This document shows positions 24,358-32,000 of a stretch of 32,000 nt of DNA, in pieces. The stretch comes from Candidatus Saccharimonadota bacterium (GTDB lineage: Bacteria; Patescibacteriota; Saccharimonadia; Saccharimonadales; Saccharimonadaceae): assembly GCA_002421785.1 (NCBI GenBank), contig DIRZ01000002.1, forward strand, positions 180,001 to 212,000, read 5' to 3'. Position 1 is the stretch's first letter, and every line of letters begins with the position of its first letter. A program made the position numbers and the translations under genes. The notes beneath the pieces are model-generated. The model saw nothing but the letters and a program-made list of their open reading frames with translations, ran no database searches and was not told the origin of the DNA.

Positions 24358-25551
24358 ATGATAAAACTTATTAAATCCACCTTCTACAACGAGTCAGACA
24401 CGAAAAATAAGTTGGTTAATTTCGTGCAGAATGCAGAAATATTAAGCTTCGGCCCAGAGTGTCAGAAGTTTGAACAAAACTTTGCAGCTTGGCAAGAAAG
24501 CCAGCAGTGCGTATTTGTAAACAGCGGGAGCTCGGCCAATCTTGCCGCAATCCAGGCCCTGCTAAACCTAGGCCGTCTCAAACCGGGCGACCCTGTCGGC
24601 TTCTCCGCACTAACATGGTCAACCAACGTGATGCCCCTACTCCAGTTGGGCTTAAAAGTCGTGCCTATTGACGTCGAGCTTGACACGCTGAATGTATCCA
24701 GCGCGCAATTAAAAAAGACTTTTAAAAAACACGGCATCAAGATGCTCTTTATCACCAACCTACTCGGGTTTTGCGATGATATAGACGAAATTAAGAAATT
24801 CTGCGACAACGAAGGTATCATCCTCGCCGAGGATAACTGTGAGTCGCTTGGCACTGTGTATAAGGGAAAGAAGCTTGGAAACTACGGTGTTCTTAGTACA
24901 TTTTCATTTTATGTCGGGCATCACATGTCAACAATTGAGGGTGGCGCGGTGTGTACTGATGATGAAGAGCTGGCCGATATGTTGCGCCTTGTTCGTGCCC
25001 ACGGCTGGGACCGCAACCTCGCCGAGAAGCAACAGCAGAAAATCCGCAAAGAGCATAACGTAAACAGCTCATTTTACTCGCGCTACACCTTTTACGACCT
25101 AGGGTATAATTTACGTCCAAACGAGATTAACGGTTTTATTGGAAACACCCAGATTCCTTACCTCGATGAGATCGTATCTACCCGCGAGAACACATTCCGA
25201 GAACTCGCGAAAGAGATTTACTCTCATAAAAACCTTTTCTACCCAATCCGCTACGAACACCTCGACATTGCCTCAAACTTTGCCGTACCAGTAGTTTGTA
25301 AGACGAAGGAGATCCGCGACAAGCTCGTTGAGGCATGCGACGGTATCGTCGAATTACGCCCAATTGTGGGTGGCGACATGACGAAGCAGCCCTTTTTCGC
25401 AAAATACGAAAAGGATGCCGTGCTAAAGAACTCGAATGCAGGGCTAATCCATGAGCAGGGACTATACTTCGGGAACAACCCCGAACTCACGACAAAAGAG
25501 AAGAAAACGATACTAGATATATTCACGAAAACAGTAAAGACACTGGGCTAG
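24358..25551 (+). CDS. PLP-dependent sugar 3-dehydratase of the DegT/DnrJ/EryC1 fold, ColD/RfbH-like (His replaces the Schiff-base Lys)
   Basis: Motifs are VNSGSSANL, TWSTN, EDNCESLGT, FSFYVGHHMSTIEGGAVCTDDEE, VRAHGWDRNL, GYNLRPNEINGFIG, ELRPIVGG and GLYFGNN. These closely parallel my recollection of E. coli ColD (EDNCESMGA, FSSFYSHHIATMEGGCIVTDDEE, IRAHGWTRNL). I see no Cys cluster for an E1-type Fe-S centre. The start could be GTG 24355 or ATG 24358. Confidence 0.8.
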   Translation: MIKLIKSTFYNESDTKNKLVNFVQNAEILSFGPECQKFEQNFAAWQESQQCVFVNSGSSANLAAIQALLNLGRLKPGDPVGFSALTWSTNVMPLLQLGLKVVPIDVELDTLNVSSAQLKKTFKKHGIKMLFITNLLGFCDDIDEIKKFCDNEGIILAEDNCESLGTVYKGKKLGNYGVLSTFSFYVGHHMSTIEGGAVCTDDEELADMLRLVRAHGWDRNLAEKQQQKIRKEHNVNSSFYSRYTFYDLGYNLRPNEINGFIGNTQIPYLDEIVSTRENTFRELAKEIYSHKNLFYPIRYEHLDIASNFAVPVVCKTKEIRDKLVEACDGIVELRPIVGGDMTKQPFFAKYEKDAVLKNSNAGLIHEQGLYFGNNPELTTKEKKTILDIFTKTVKTLG

Positions 25552-25556
25552 CTGTT

Positions 25557-26741
25557 ATGAGCAATAAAAAAATAGACCCAAGCACGCCAAAGACCCTACA
25601 CGTACTCTTTACGGGGCTTGTGTACAAAGGAGTTATCACTGGAGGTGATCAATTATTCCTAGACATCGCACCTCGACTACCTAAGGATCTGAGGATCACA
25701 ATCGTAACTTCCGAGTTCGCAAAATCTTATTGGGACGAAATTGACCAGTCCAACATTGAGCTAAAACTACTTCCACCAAATATCTTTGAGAATAAATCAA
25801 ACCCCTTTCTGATCTTTATATCATTCGTGATACGGGCGTGGCAAACGTATCAAATACTAAAAAAGGATGACGTTCAGACGGTGTACTCATGCTCTGATAT
25901 ATCTTATGCCGACATATGGCCCGCATATTGGTTAAGGGCTAGCCAGCCTAACGTTAAATGGATTAGCCGAGTTTATCACGTACTACTCCCACCCAAAGAG
26001 CGCCAAGGCAACTGGTTTGTAAATATCATTGCATTCCGACTCCAACGACTAAGCTTCTGGATGATGAAACGGCGCGGGACATCAATACTTGCCCTAAATT
26101 CAAAGCTTCGCGACGAGCTTCTTGCCCTAGACTTCCCTAAGAATAAGCTAGATATTCTTGAGGCGGGTATAGACTTTGAAGAAATACGTAAATTCAAAAA
26201 GACAGCGAGCTATCCGTATGATGTCGTTGTTCTCGGTCGCATCGCACCAGTTAAGGGCATCTTTGATACCGTGAAGGCATGGGAAAAAGTTCATACTGCG
26301 ATCCCAGGCGCGCGGCTCGCGTGGCTTGGCGGAGGCGGAGACAACCACAAAAAGAAGATGGTTGAAATGATAAAGCAAAGGTCACTGTCTGATACATTTG
26401 AGCTACTTGGTTATGTATCGAAGGATGAAAAGTATAATATCTTGAAAAATGCTAAGGTATTCTTATGTCCCGATCATGAAAATGGATGGGGACTTGCAGT
26501 ATGCGAGGCCATGGCATCAGGGCTACCAGTAGTTTCATATGATTTAGACATATTTGGTAATGTTTACCACAAGGGATACCGCAGTGTTCCTCTATTTGAC
26601 ACTGAAAGCTTCGCAAAAAAGATAATCGAATTGCTACAAGATAGTTCTTTGCGTAAATCTATATCCAACGACGCAATCAGCCAAGCAAGTGAATTTGATC
26701 ATAAAAACGTTGTTGATAAGTTAGTTAAATTCATTGGCTAG
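25557..26741 (+). CDS. Glycosyltransferase family 4
   Basis: 394 aa with N-terminal LHVLFTGLVYKGVITGGDQLFLDIA and the E-x7-E region ENGWGLAVCEAMASGLPVVSYDLDIF. Confidence 0.85.
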   Translation: MSNKKIDPSTPKTLHVLFTGLVYKGVITGGDQLFLDIAPRLPKDLRITIVTSEFAKSYWDEIDQSNIELKLLPPNIFENKSNPFLIFISFVIRAWQTYQILKKDDVQTVYSCSDISYADIWPAYWLRASQPNVKWISRVYHVLLPPKERQGNWFVNIIAFRLQRLSFWMMKRRGTSILALNSKLRDELLALDFPKNKLDILEAGIDFEEIRKFKKTASYPYDVVVLGRIAPVKGIFDTVKAWEKVHTAIPGARLAWLGGGGDNHKKKMVEMIKQRSLSDTFELLGYVSKDEKYNILKNAKVFLCPDHENGWGLAVCEAMASGLPVVSYDLDIFGNVYHKGYRSVPLFDTESFAKKIIELLQDSSLRKSISNDAISQASEFDHKNVVDKLVKFIG

Positions 26742-26770
26742 TTTATGCCAATCCTACAGGAGAACAAATC

Positions 26771-27718
26771 ATGACAAGCAAGACTAAGCTCATCTCGGTC
26801 ATAGTTCCATTCTTTAATGAAAGTGAAAATCTTGAATGGCATCATAAAAAGATGGTGAATTACCTAAAGATGCTACCTGTAAATTATGAATTTGTTTACA
26901 TCAACGATGGTAGCTCTGATGGGTCTCTAGAAATAATAAAAAAAATTGCAAAAAACGATTCCACCGTTCAGTACATTTCGTTCTCACGTAACTTTGGCAA
27001 GGAAGCAGCCACAACCGCAGGGCTCGCAAAGGCCAAGGGCGACGCAGCTGTTATTATTGATGCCGACGGACAGCACCCAATCGAACTGGTCGGAACATTT
27101 ATAGAAGAGTGGAAGAACGGCTATGCCACTGTTATCGGTGTCCGCACAGAAGACGGCGAGAGCAGTCTGATGAAAAAAATTGGATCACATGCCTTCTACT
27201 TTATCCTACGCCTCCTTGGGTCCGACAACAGCAGCCAGCACGGGCTCACCGACTTTCGACTTATCGACAGGAAAATTATCAACGAATACAACCGTCTATC
27301 CGAACACAATCGTATCACGCGCAATCTGCTTGATTGGCTTGGCTTTAGTCGCAAGCTCGTTCCGTTTGAAGCTGCGGAACGACACGCTGGTACCGCATCT
27401 TACTCACTGAAAAAGCTAACCAAACTGGCTATCGATGGCGTTGTAAAGCACTCAACCCGCCCGCTCAAATTCATCGGCATCATTGGGCTCATTATATCTA
27501 CTATCACCGCCATTCTTGGAGTCTTCATCATTGTCGAGCAATACATACTCGGAGACCCAATGAACCTCTACATTACCGGCTCTGCCCAGCTGGCAATATT
27601 CCTTAGCTTCATGGTTGGTATCGTCCTGTTTTGCCAGGGCTTACTGGCGCTCTATATCGAAAACGTCTACTACGAAACACAGAACCGCCCACTGTACGTA
27701 ATCGAAGACCAGTCGTAG
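26771..27718 (+). CDS. GT2 polyprenyl-phosphate glycosyltransferase (GtrB/CsbB/ArnC/DPM1-like)
   Basis: 315 aa. GT2 motifs are ISVIVPFFNESENL, YINDGSSDGS, SRNFGKEAA and IDADGQHP. STRPLKFIG is followed by two TM helices and the C-terminal LALYIENVYYETQNRPLYVIED signature. The SD AGGAGA lies 7 nt upstream of the start. Confidence 0.9.
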   Translation: MTSKTKLISVIVPFFNESENLEWHHKKMVNYLKMLPVNYEFVYINDGSSDGSLEIIKKIAKNDSTVQYISFSRNFGKEAATTAGLAKAKGDAAVIIDADGQHPIELVGTFIEEWKNGYATVIGVRTEDGESSLMKKIGSHAFYFILRLLGSDNSSQHGLTDFRLIDRKIINEYNRLSEHNRITRNLLDWLGFSRKLVPFEAAERHAGTASYSLKKLTKLAIDGVVKHSTRPLKFIGIIGLIISTITAILGVFIIVEQYILGDPMNLYITGSAQLAIFLSFMVGIVLFCQGLLALYIENVYYETQNRPLYVIEDQS

Positions 27719-27721
27719 TCT

Positions 27722-28846
27722 ATGAACATCGTCTGGCTATCCTGGAAAGATAGAGGCCATCCACTCGCGGGGGGCGCTGAAAAAGTCTCCGGTGAAATTA
27801 TGGATCGGCTTGCGGCTGATGGTCATAGCGTGCGACTCATTACTGCACAGCACGGACAGACCGCTTCGCACGAACAATTCGCACCTAACCTTGAGATTTA
27901 TCGTGCCGGCAATCGCTACACAGTTTACCCAAAGGCGCGTCAATTATTTAAACAAGTGGGTGACGACTGGGCAGACGTGGTGATCGATGAAATGAACACC
28001 ATACCTTTCGGTGCAGGGTTCTACGCAACGAAAACCGTCAATATCCTCCTGGCCTACCAATTAGCTCGCGAAGTGTGGTTTCACCAAATGGTATTCCCCC
28101 TGTCTGTCGTCGGCTATCTCCTTGAGCCACTCATGCTTCGAATACTCGCACAGGGTAACTATCGCCGCATCGCCACAGAGTCAAACAGCTCCAAGCTAGA
28201 CATGGAGCGATATGGACTCAAAAACATCCAGACTTTTCGGGTAGGAATACCGACAACCCCACTCACCGAACTTCCTGCAAAAAATGCACCGACAGTCGTA
28301 TTATCACTTGGCGCACTTCGCCCCATGAAACGCACCCTCGACGCCGTCAAGGCGTTTGAAGTAGCACATTCTAGCAATCCGCAGCTTCAGCTTATAGTCG
28401 CCGGGGATACCTCCTCTTCATATGCCCAAAAAGTTATAGCCTACGTCCATGCCTCGCCCCACAGTAATTCGATTACTGTCCTGGGGCGCGTCAGCAACGA
28501 GGAGCGCGAACAGCTTATGCAAAAAGCTGCTGTCATCTTGGTCACATCCATCAAAGAAGGTTGGGGGCTGATCGTGACTGAAGCGAATAGCCAGGGCACC
28601 CCGGCCATTGTGTACGACGTCGATGGACTACGCGATAGTGTTGCCGCTGACAAAACGGGTATTGTCGTCCCAAACAACGACTATGCGGCGATGGGTAATG
28701 CAATTAGCACACTCCTAGCTAACCCAGCTCGCTACGCCGACTACCGCCAACAGGCGTGGGAAATGAGCAAGGAGTATAATTTTGATAATAGCTACAGGGA
28801 CTTTATGAAAATTGTTAACGAGGCAAACGACTATGATAAAAAGTAA
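27722..28846 (+). CDS. Glycosyltransferase family 4
   Basis: 374 aa with N-terminal IVWLSWKDRGHPLAGGAEKVSGEI and the region KEGWGLIVTEANSQGTPAIVYDVDGLRDSV. Confidence 0.85.
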   Translation: MNIVWLSWKDRGHPLAGGAEKVSGEIMDRLAADGHSVRLITAQHGQTASHEQFAPNLEIYRAGNRYTVYPKARQLFKQVGDDWADVVIDEMNTIPFGAGFYATKTVNILLAYQLAREVWFHQMVFPLSVVGYLLEPLMLRILAQGNYRRIATESNSSKLDMERYGLKNIQTFRVGIPTTPLTELPAKNAPTVVLSLGALRPMKRTLDAVKAFEVAHSSNPQLQLIVAGDTSSSYAQKVIAYVHASPHSNSITVLGRVSNEEREQLMQKAAVILVTSIKEGWGLIVTEANSQGTPAIVYDVDGLRDSVAADKTGIVVPNNDYAAMGNAISTLLANPARYADYRQQAWEMSKEYNFDNSYRDFMKIVNEANDYDKK

Positions 28847-29987
28847 GAAGCGACTCATTATCGACGGCGAAGTGCTTGTCATGCCTCACTTTAGCGGCGT
28901 GGGCCATTATACACTTGAAATGATTAAAGCGATTGACCGTCAACTAAACTCTCGTGATGATTTTACAGCTACCCTACTTATTCACTTCCGACATACCGAA
29001 AAAGCAAAACAATATGGCTTTAAGAATATCGAGATTATTCCTTCCCCGTTCTCATTACGCATATCTAATGGACTAAAGATCCGGAATAAGCAGCCTTACT
29101 TGGACTTACTTTTTGGAAAAGGCATCTATATATTCCCTAATTTCACTTCGTGGCCCCTCCTGTTTTCCAAGAGTGTTCCGTTCATCTACGACATATCGTA
29201 CGAACGGTATCCACAATTTGCAGAGCCACGGAACCAAGTTTTCCTATCGGAGCAAGTAAAGAAAGCTGCCGCTCGCGCGTCGCATGTTGTTACTATTTCC
29301 GAGAGCGCCAAGCACGAGATTTGTGACTTCTACAATCTCCCCGCTAAAAAAGTAGGGGCGTACTACCCTGCAGTAGACACGGCGGTATACTATCGGCGAA
29401 CAAACAAAGAGGTGACGGCGGTGAAAAAGAAATATGGGATAGCCGGGAACTACCTGCTGTTTGTTGGCAACATTGAACCACGCAAGAACCTAAAGAACCT
29501 ACTACTTGCATACGAGCAAGTACCCCTTGACCTGCAGAAAAAATACCCACTGGTACTCGTAGGTGCAAAGGGTTGGCAGGACGACGAGATTTTTGACATC
29601 ATCTCTCGGCTCAACAAACAAGGTAGTAGTGTGCAGCTTCCCAGCCAGTACGTCAGCGACAACGACTTGCCGGCAATCTACAGCGGCGCAACTGCTTTTA
29701 TCTACCCAAGTATCTATGAAGGGTTTGGGATCCCCCCTGTTGAGGCGATGGCATGCGGAGTGCCGGTCATTAGTGCCGATAACACATCCCTCCCCGAAGC
29801 AACGGGCGAAGCTGCCCTGTTTGTTAACGCACTATCCGTCGACGATATTGCCGCGGCTATCGTGCGGCTGCTAGGCAGCCCCGAACTACGCCAGGAGCTT
29901 ACGACCAAAGGCTACGCACAGGCTAGCAAGTTTTCGTGGGACGAAAGCGCCCAGAAACTACTTGAAGACATTCGGGTTATCCAATGA
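28833..29987 (+). CDS. Glycosyltransferase family 4
   Basis: I prefer the start MIKSKKRLIIDGEVL (ATG 28833, a 14-nt overlap with the upstream gene) over the track's TTG 28812. Supporting motifs are SGVGHYTLEMIKAI and PSIYEGFGIPPVEAMACGVPVISADNTSLPE. Confidence 0.85.
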   Translation: MIKSKKRLIIDGEVLVMPHFSGVGHYTLEMIKAIDRQLNSRDDFTATLLIHFRHTEKAKQYGFKNIEIIPSPFSLRISNGLKIRNKQPYLDLLFGKGIYIFPNFTSWPLLFSKSVPFIYDISYERYPQFAEPRNQVFLSEQVKKAAARASHVVTISESAKHEICDFYNLPAKKVGAYYPAVDTAVYYRRTNKEVTAVKKKYGIAGNYLLFVGNIEPRKNLKNLLLAYEQVPLDLQKKYPLVLVGAKGWQDDEIFDIISRLNKQGSSVQLPSQYVSDNDLPAIYSGATAFIYPSIYEGFGIPPVEAMACGVPVISADNTSLPEATGEAALFVNALSVDDIAAAIVRLLGSPELRQELTTKGYAQASKFSWDESAQKLLEDIRVIQ

Positions 29988-31204
29988 CAAAAGTAGTTTG
30001 TTTCGATTTGCGATGCCTCCAAATTGGGCATGAAAGCAGGGGCATCGGCATGCATGTGCGGAGTATGCTTGAGAACCTGGACGCAACAGGGAAATATAAA
30101 TACATCTTTTATACCTACGACTCCAGCGACCCGATTCAAACTCTGGGTATTAACCTGCCGGTAGACTATACGCTCGTGCAAACGAAAACGCTGAAGAAGT
30201 CTATTGATAGACCTCAGGATTTTATGCAGCTCGCAAAGGTTATTTTTCACAAGTTCTCGCCCCTGCGCGGCGACGACATAGACGTGTTTGTGCAGTTCGA
30301 CTTTATGCTCGGACTCCCCAGGCTGACAAATGTAAAGCAAACCATCCTAGTAGCTTACGATCTGATTCCTCTTATTTTCAGGGAAGAATACATCCCAACA
30401 CCCAAACAAGCCTTTGTGGCCGCTTCAGGCGTGCTACAAAAGCTTAAAAAGACACTTCGCGCTCTGTACTATCACGAAAGGTACCGCCTTCACTATAAGA
30501 ACTTTGTAAAGGCCGATTTATTACTGAGTATTTCCAAGAATACAACAGGGTCTCTAACGGAAATACTGAGTATACCAAAAGAAAAGATCGTCACTATTCC
30601 CCTTGCCCCTGTTTTTAACACAGCGAATGCCACGCGCCCTGCTGGCTTCACTGTGGGCTTACCCTTCATCTTTTACATTGGCGCAACTGATGCACGGAAG
30701 CGGGTAGCCGACCTCATCAAAGCATTCGACCAAGTGCGTGCGACACACTCGATTACACTCATTTTGGCTGGGAAAGAGTTTGCAAAACGAAACAAAATCC
30801 CGAACGAAGAAATTGCTCACGCGCTACGCACATCACCGTATCAGTCAGACATCATCACACTCGGTTACGTAAATGATGCCGAAAAGCTGTGGCTCTATGA
30901 AAATGCCAAAGCATTTGTATTCCCTACGACCTACGAGGGGTTCGGCTTGCCTATCGTCGAGGCGATGCAACATGGCTGTCCGGTTGTCAGCTATGACAAC
31001 TCCTCAATACCAGAGGTGGCGGATGATGCCGTCCTTTTGGTTCCCACGGGAGATGTAGCCCAGCTCGTCAAAGGTATCGCAAAGGTATTGGACAGTACCG
31101 CTCTGCGATATAGAATGGTTGCACGGGGATATGCCCTTTCTGAACAATACACGTGGGACAAATATATGAGAAAGTTTTACTCGGCACTGGAGGCCAAGGA
31201 ATAA
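29984..31204 (+). CDS. Glycosyltransferase family 4
   Basis: 406 aa with an ATGA overlap with the upstream gene. Supporting motifs are RGIGMHVRSMLENL and PTTYEGFGLPIVEAMQHGCPVVSYDNSSIPE. Confidence 0.85.
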   Translation: MTKVVCFDLRCLQIGHESRGIGMHVRSMLENLDATGKYKYIFYTYDSSDPIQTLGINLPVDYTLVQTKTLKKSIDRPQDFMQLAKVIFHKFSPLRGDDIDVFVQFDFMLGLPRLTNVKQTILVAYDLIPLIFREEYIPTPKQAFVAASGVLQKLKKTLRALYYHERYRLHYKNFVKADLLLSISKNTTGSLTEILSIPKEKIVTIPLAPVFNTANATRPAGFTVGLPFIFYIGATDARKRVADLIKAFDQVRATHSITLILAGKEFAKRNKIPNEEIAHALRTSPYQSDIITLGYVNDAEKLWLYENAKAFVFPTTYEGFGLPIVEAMQHGCPVVSYDNSSIPEVADDAVLLVPTGDVAQLVKGIAKVLDSTALRYRMVARGYALSEQYTWDKYMRKFYSALEAKE

Positions 31205-31205
31205 T

Positions 31206-32000
31206 ATGGCGAACAAACGAACATTACCGTACCCTGTAAAGATACTATCCCACGGCCTACGACTCCCTTCGTACATTTCCTTTTTCGAGAAGAAGGTAGC
31301 CCAACATGATGCGATCATTGAAGGCCTCTCCAATGAGGTCGCGGCGCTAAAAGACCAGCTCCAACAGACCACAACGCGCCTAGGGGTATACGAAAAGATG
31401 GACGACCGACTCATCGATATTCAGCATCAAATATCTTCTGGCCTCGCTACTCATGACAATCAAAAGAGTAGCGCTCAACAGGTGGTTGTGAACGCAACAG
31501 TATCTGACAATCATCGCTTTGATCAGTTCTATAAAGCGTTTGAAGATACCTTTAGGGGGTCGGAGGATGTAATACGAGGAAGACTCCTGGAGCACCTTCC
31601 TTTGTTTGAGAGCCTCCCAAAAAACATTCGCAAAAAGCCCACCATCGATATTGGGTGTGGGCGCGGCGAACTACTGTCTGTTCTGAGTGACAACGGGTTC
31701 AAAGTTATCGGTATCGACATGAACGTCGCCATGGTAAAACGCGCCAACGACATAGGCTTTGAGGCATACGCCACAGATGCTCGTAGCTACTTGGCGTCCC
31801 TGAAGCCGGGTTCTGTCGCAGCGATTACCGGATTTCATATTGTTGAGCATATCCCGTTCGAGTCGCTGATGGATATATTTAGTGAATGCTACCGGTCAGT
31901 TGCGCGCGGCGGTTTCGTGTTATTTGAAACCCCAAATCCAGAAACCTTTAGTGTTGGTGCCCACACGTTCTACCTCGACCCATCACATCAACGGCCCGTA
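31206..32000 (+). CDS. Class I SAM-dependent methyltransferase with an N-terminal coiled-coil segment (3' partial, runs off the window end)
   Basis: Absent from the ORF track. I translated 265 codons from ATG 31206 with no stop: MANKRTLPYPVKILSHG...EGLSNEVAALKDQLQQTTTRLGVYEKMD (coiled-coil-like)...FYKAFEDTFRGSEDVIRGRL...TIDIGCGRGELLSVL (SAM motif I)...GFHIVEHIP...GGFVLFETPNPE. It starts 1 nt after the upstream stop. Confidence 0.8.
   Translation, partial: MANKRTLPYPVKILSHGLRLPSYISFFEKKVAQHDAIIEGLSNEVAALKDQLQQTTTRLGVYEKMDDRLIDIQHQISSGLATHDNQKSSAQQVVVNATVSDNHRFDQFYKAFEDTFRGSEDVIRGRLLEHLPLFESLPKNIRKKPTIDIGCGRGELLSVLSDNGFKVIGIDMNVAMVKRANDIGFEAYATDARSYLASLKPGSVAAITGFHIVEHIPFESLMDIFSECYRSVARGGFVLFETPNPETFSVGAHTFYLDPSHQRPV

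Noticed and set aside
25566-25572. An A7 homopolymer at codons 3-6 of a GT4 gene as a slipped-strand phase-variation switch
   Set aside because: A7 runs occur repeatedly in ordinary coding positions in this window, for example 4243-4249, 4581-4587 and 27176-27182. They are short for efficient slippage, so nothing marks this one as special. Population read data showing length heterogeneity would be needed.
1-32000. A search for anti-phage defence, toxin-antitoxin, prophage, integron, transposon or secretion-system genes
   Set aside because: No nuclease, helicase, ATPase, methylase-restriction, integrase, transposase or secretion ATPase signatures were seen in any frame. No flanking direct or inverted terminal repeats and no tRNA integration site were seen either.

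Overview
This is a gene-dense, compact bacterial chromosomal segment with several 4-nt ATGA overlaps and abutting or overlapping convergent stops. Nearly every gene concerns the cell envelope. I call 24 CDS; two are partial at the window edges and absent from the ORF track, and I verified both by hand translation. I see no rRNA, tRNA, CRISPR, transposase, integrase or phage genes, and no recognisable defence, toxin or secretion-machine system.

Content:
- (i) A - strand operon with a Wzy_C/O-antigen-ligase-family membrane protein, a LexA-type winged-helix regulator that lacks the S24 peptidase domain, and a membrane-anchored PBP/beta-lactamase-fold serine hydrolase.
- (ii) A divergent WbaP-type initiating phosphoglycosyltransferase.
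- (iii) Interleaved large surface proteins: a 919-aa SGNH/GDSL hydrolase, a 585-aa CarboxypepD_reg plus PD40-propeller protein, a 604-aa BspA-type LRR protein ending in an LAxTG sorting signal, and an 817-aa secreted protein with four FW/NBR1-like repeats.
- (iv) The precursor genes glmS and a mannose-1-phosphate guanylyltransferase.
- (v) Six GT4 glycosyltransferases, a GtrB/CsbB-type GT2, a 738-aa GT-C-like polytopic protein, a Wzx-like flippase, a ColD/RfbH-type PLP sugar 3-dehydratase and a coiled-coil SAM methyltransferase. The last eight genes form a lower-GC + strand operon from 23.0 kb to the window end.

I cannot point to a discrete, clearly novel system with confidence. The best candidates are:
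- a split polyprenyl-phosphate-sugar (GtrB-like plus GT-C-like) glycosylation pair and a Wzy_C protein embedded among Ser/Thr-rich surface proteins;
- an orphan ColD-like dehydratase;
- the LAxTG LRR adhesin;
- a hydrolase-like FW-repeat protein module;
- a recurrent leaderless-promoter geometry;
- a 6-codon SD-driven upstream ORF.

Taxonomy cannot be determined without a database search. The LAxTG signal, DBD-only LexA and compactness fit a monoderm lineage, possibly one with a reduced genome.
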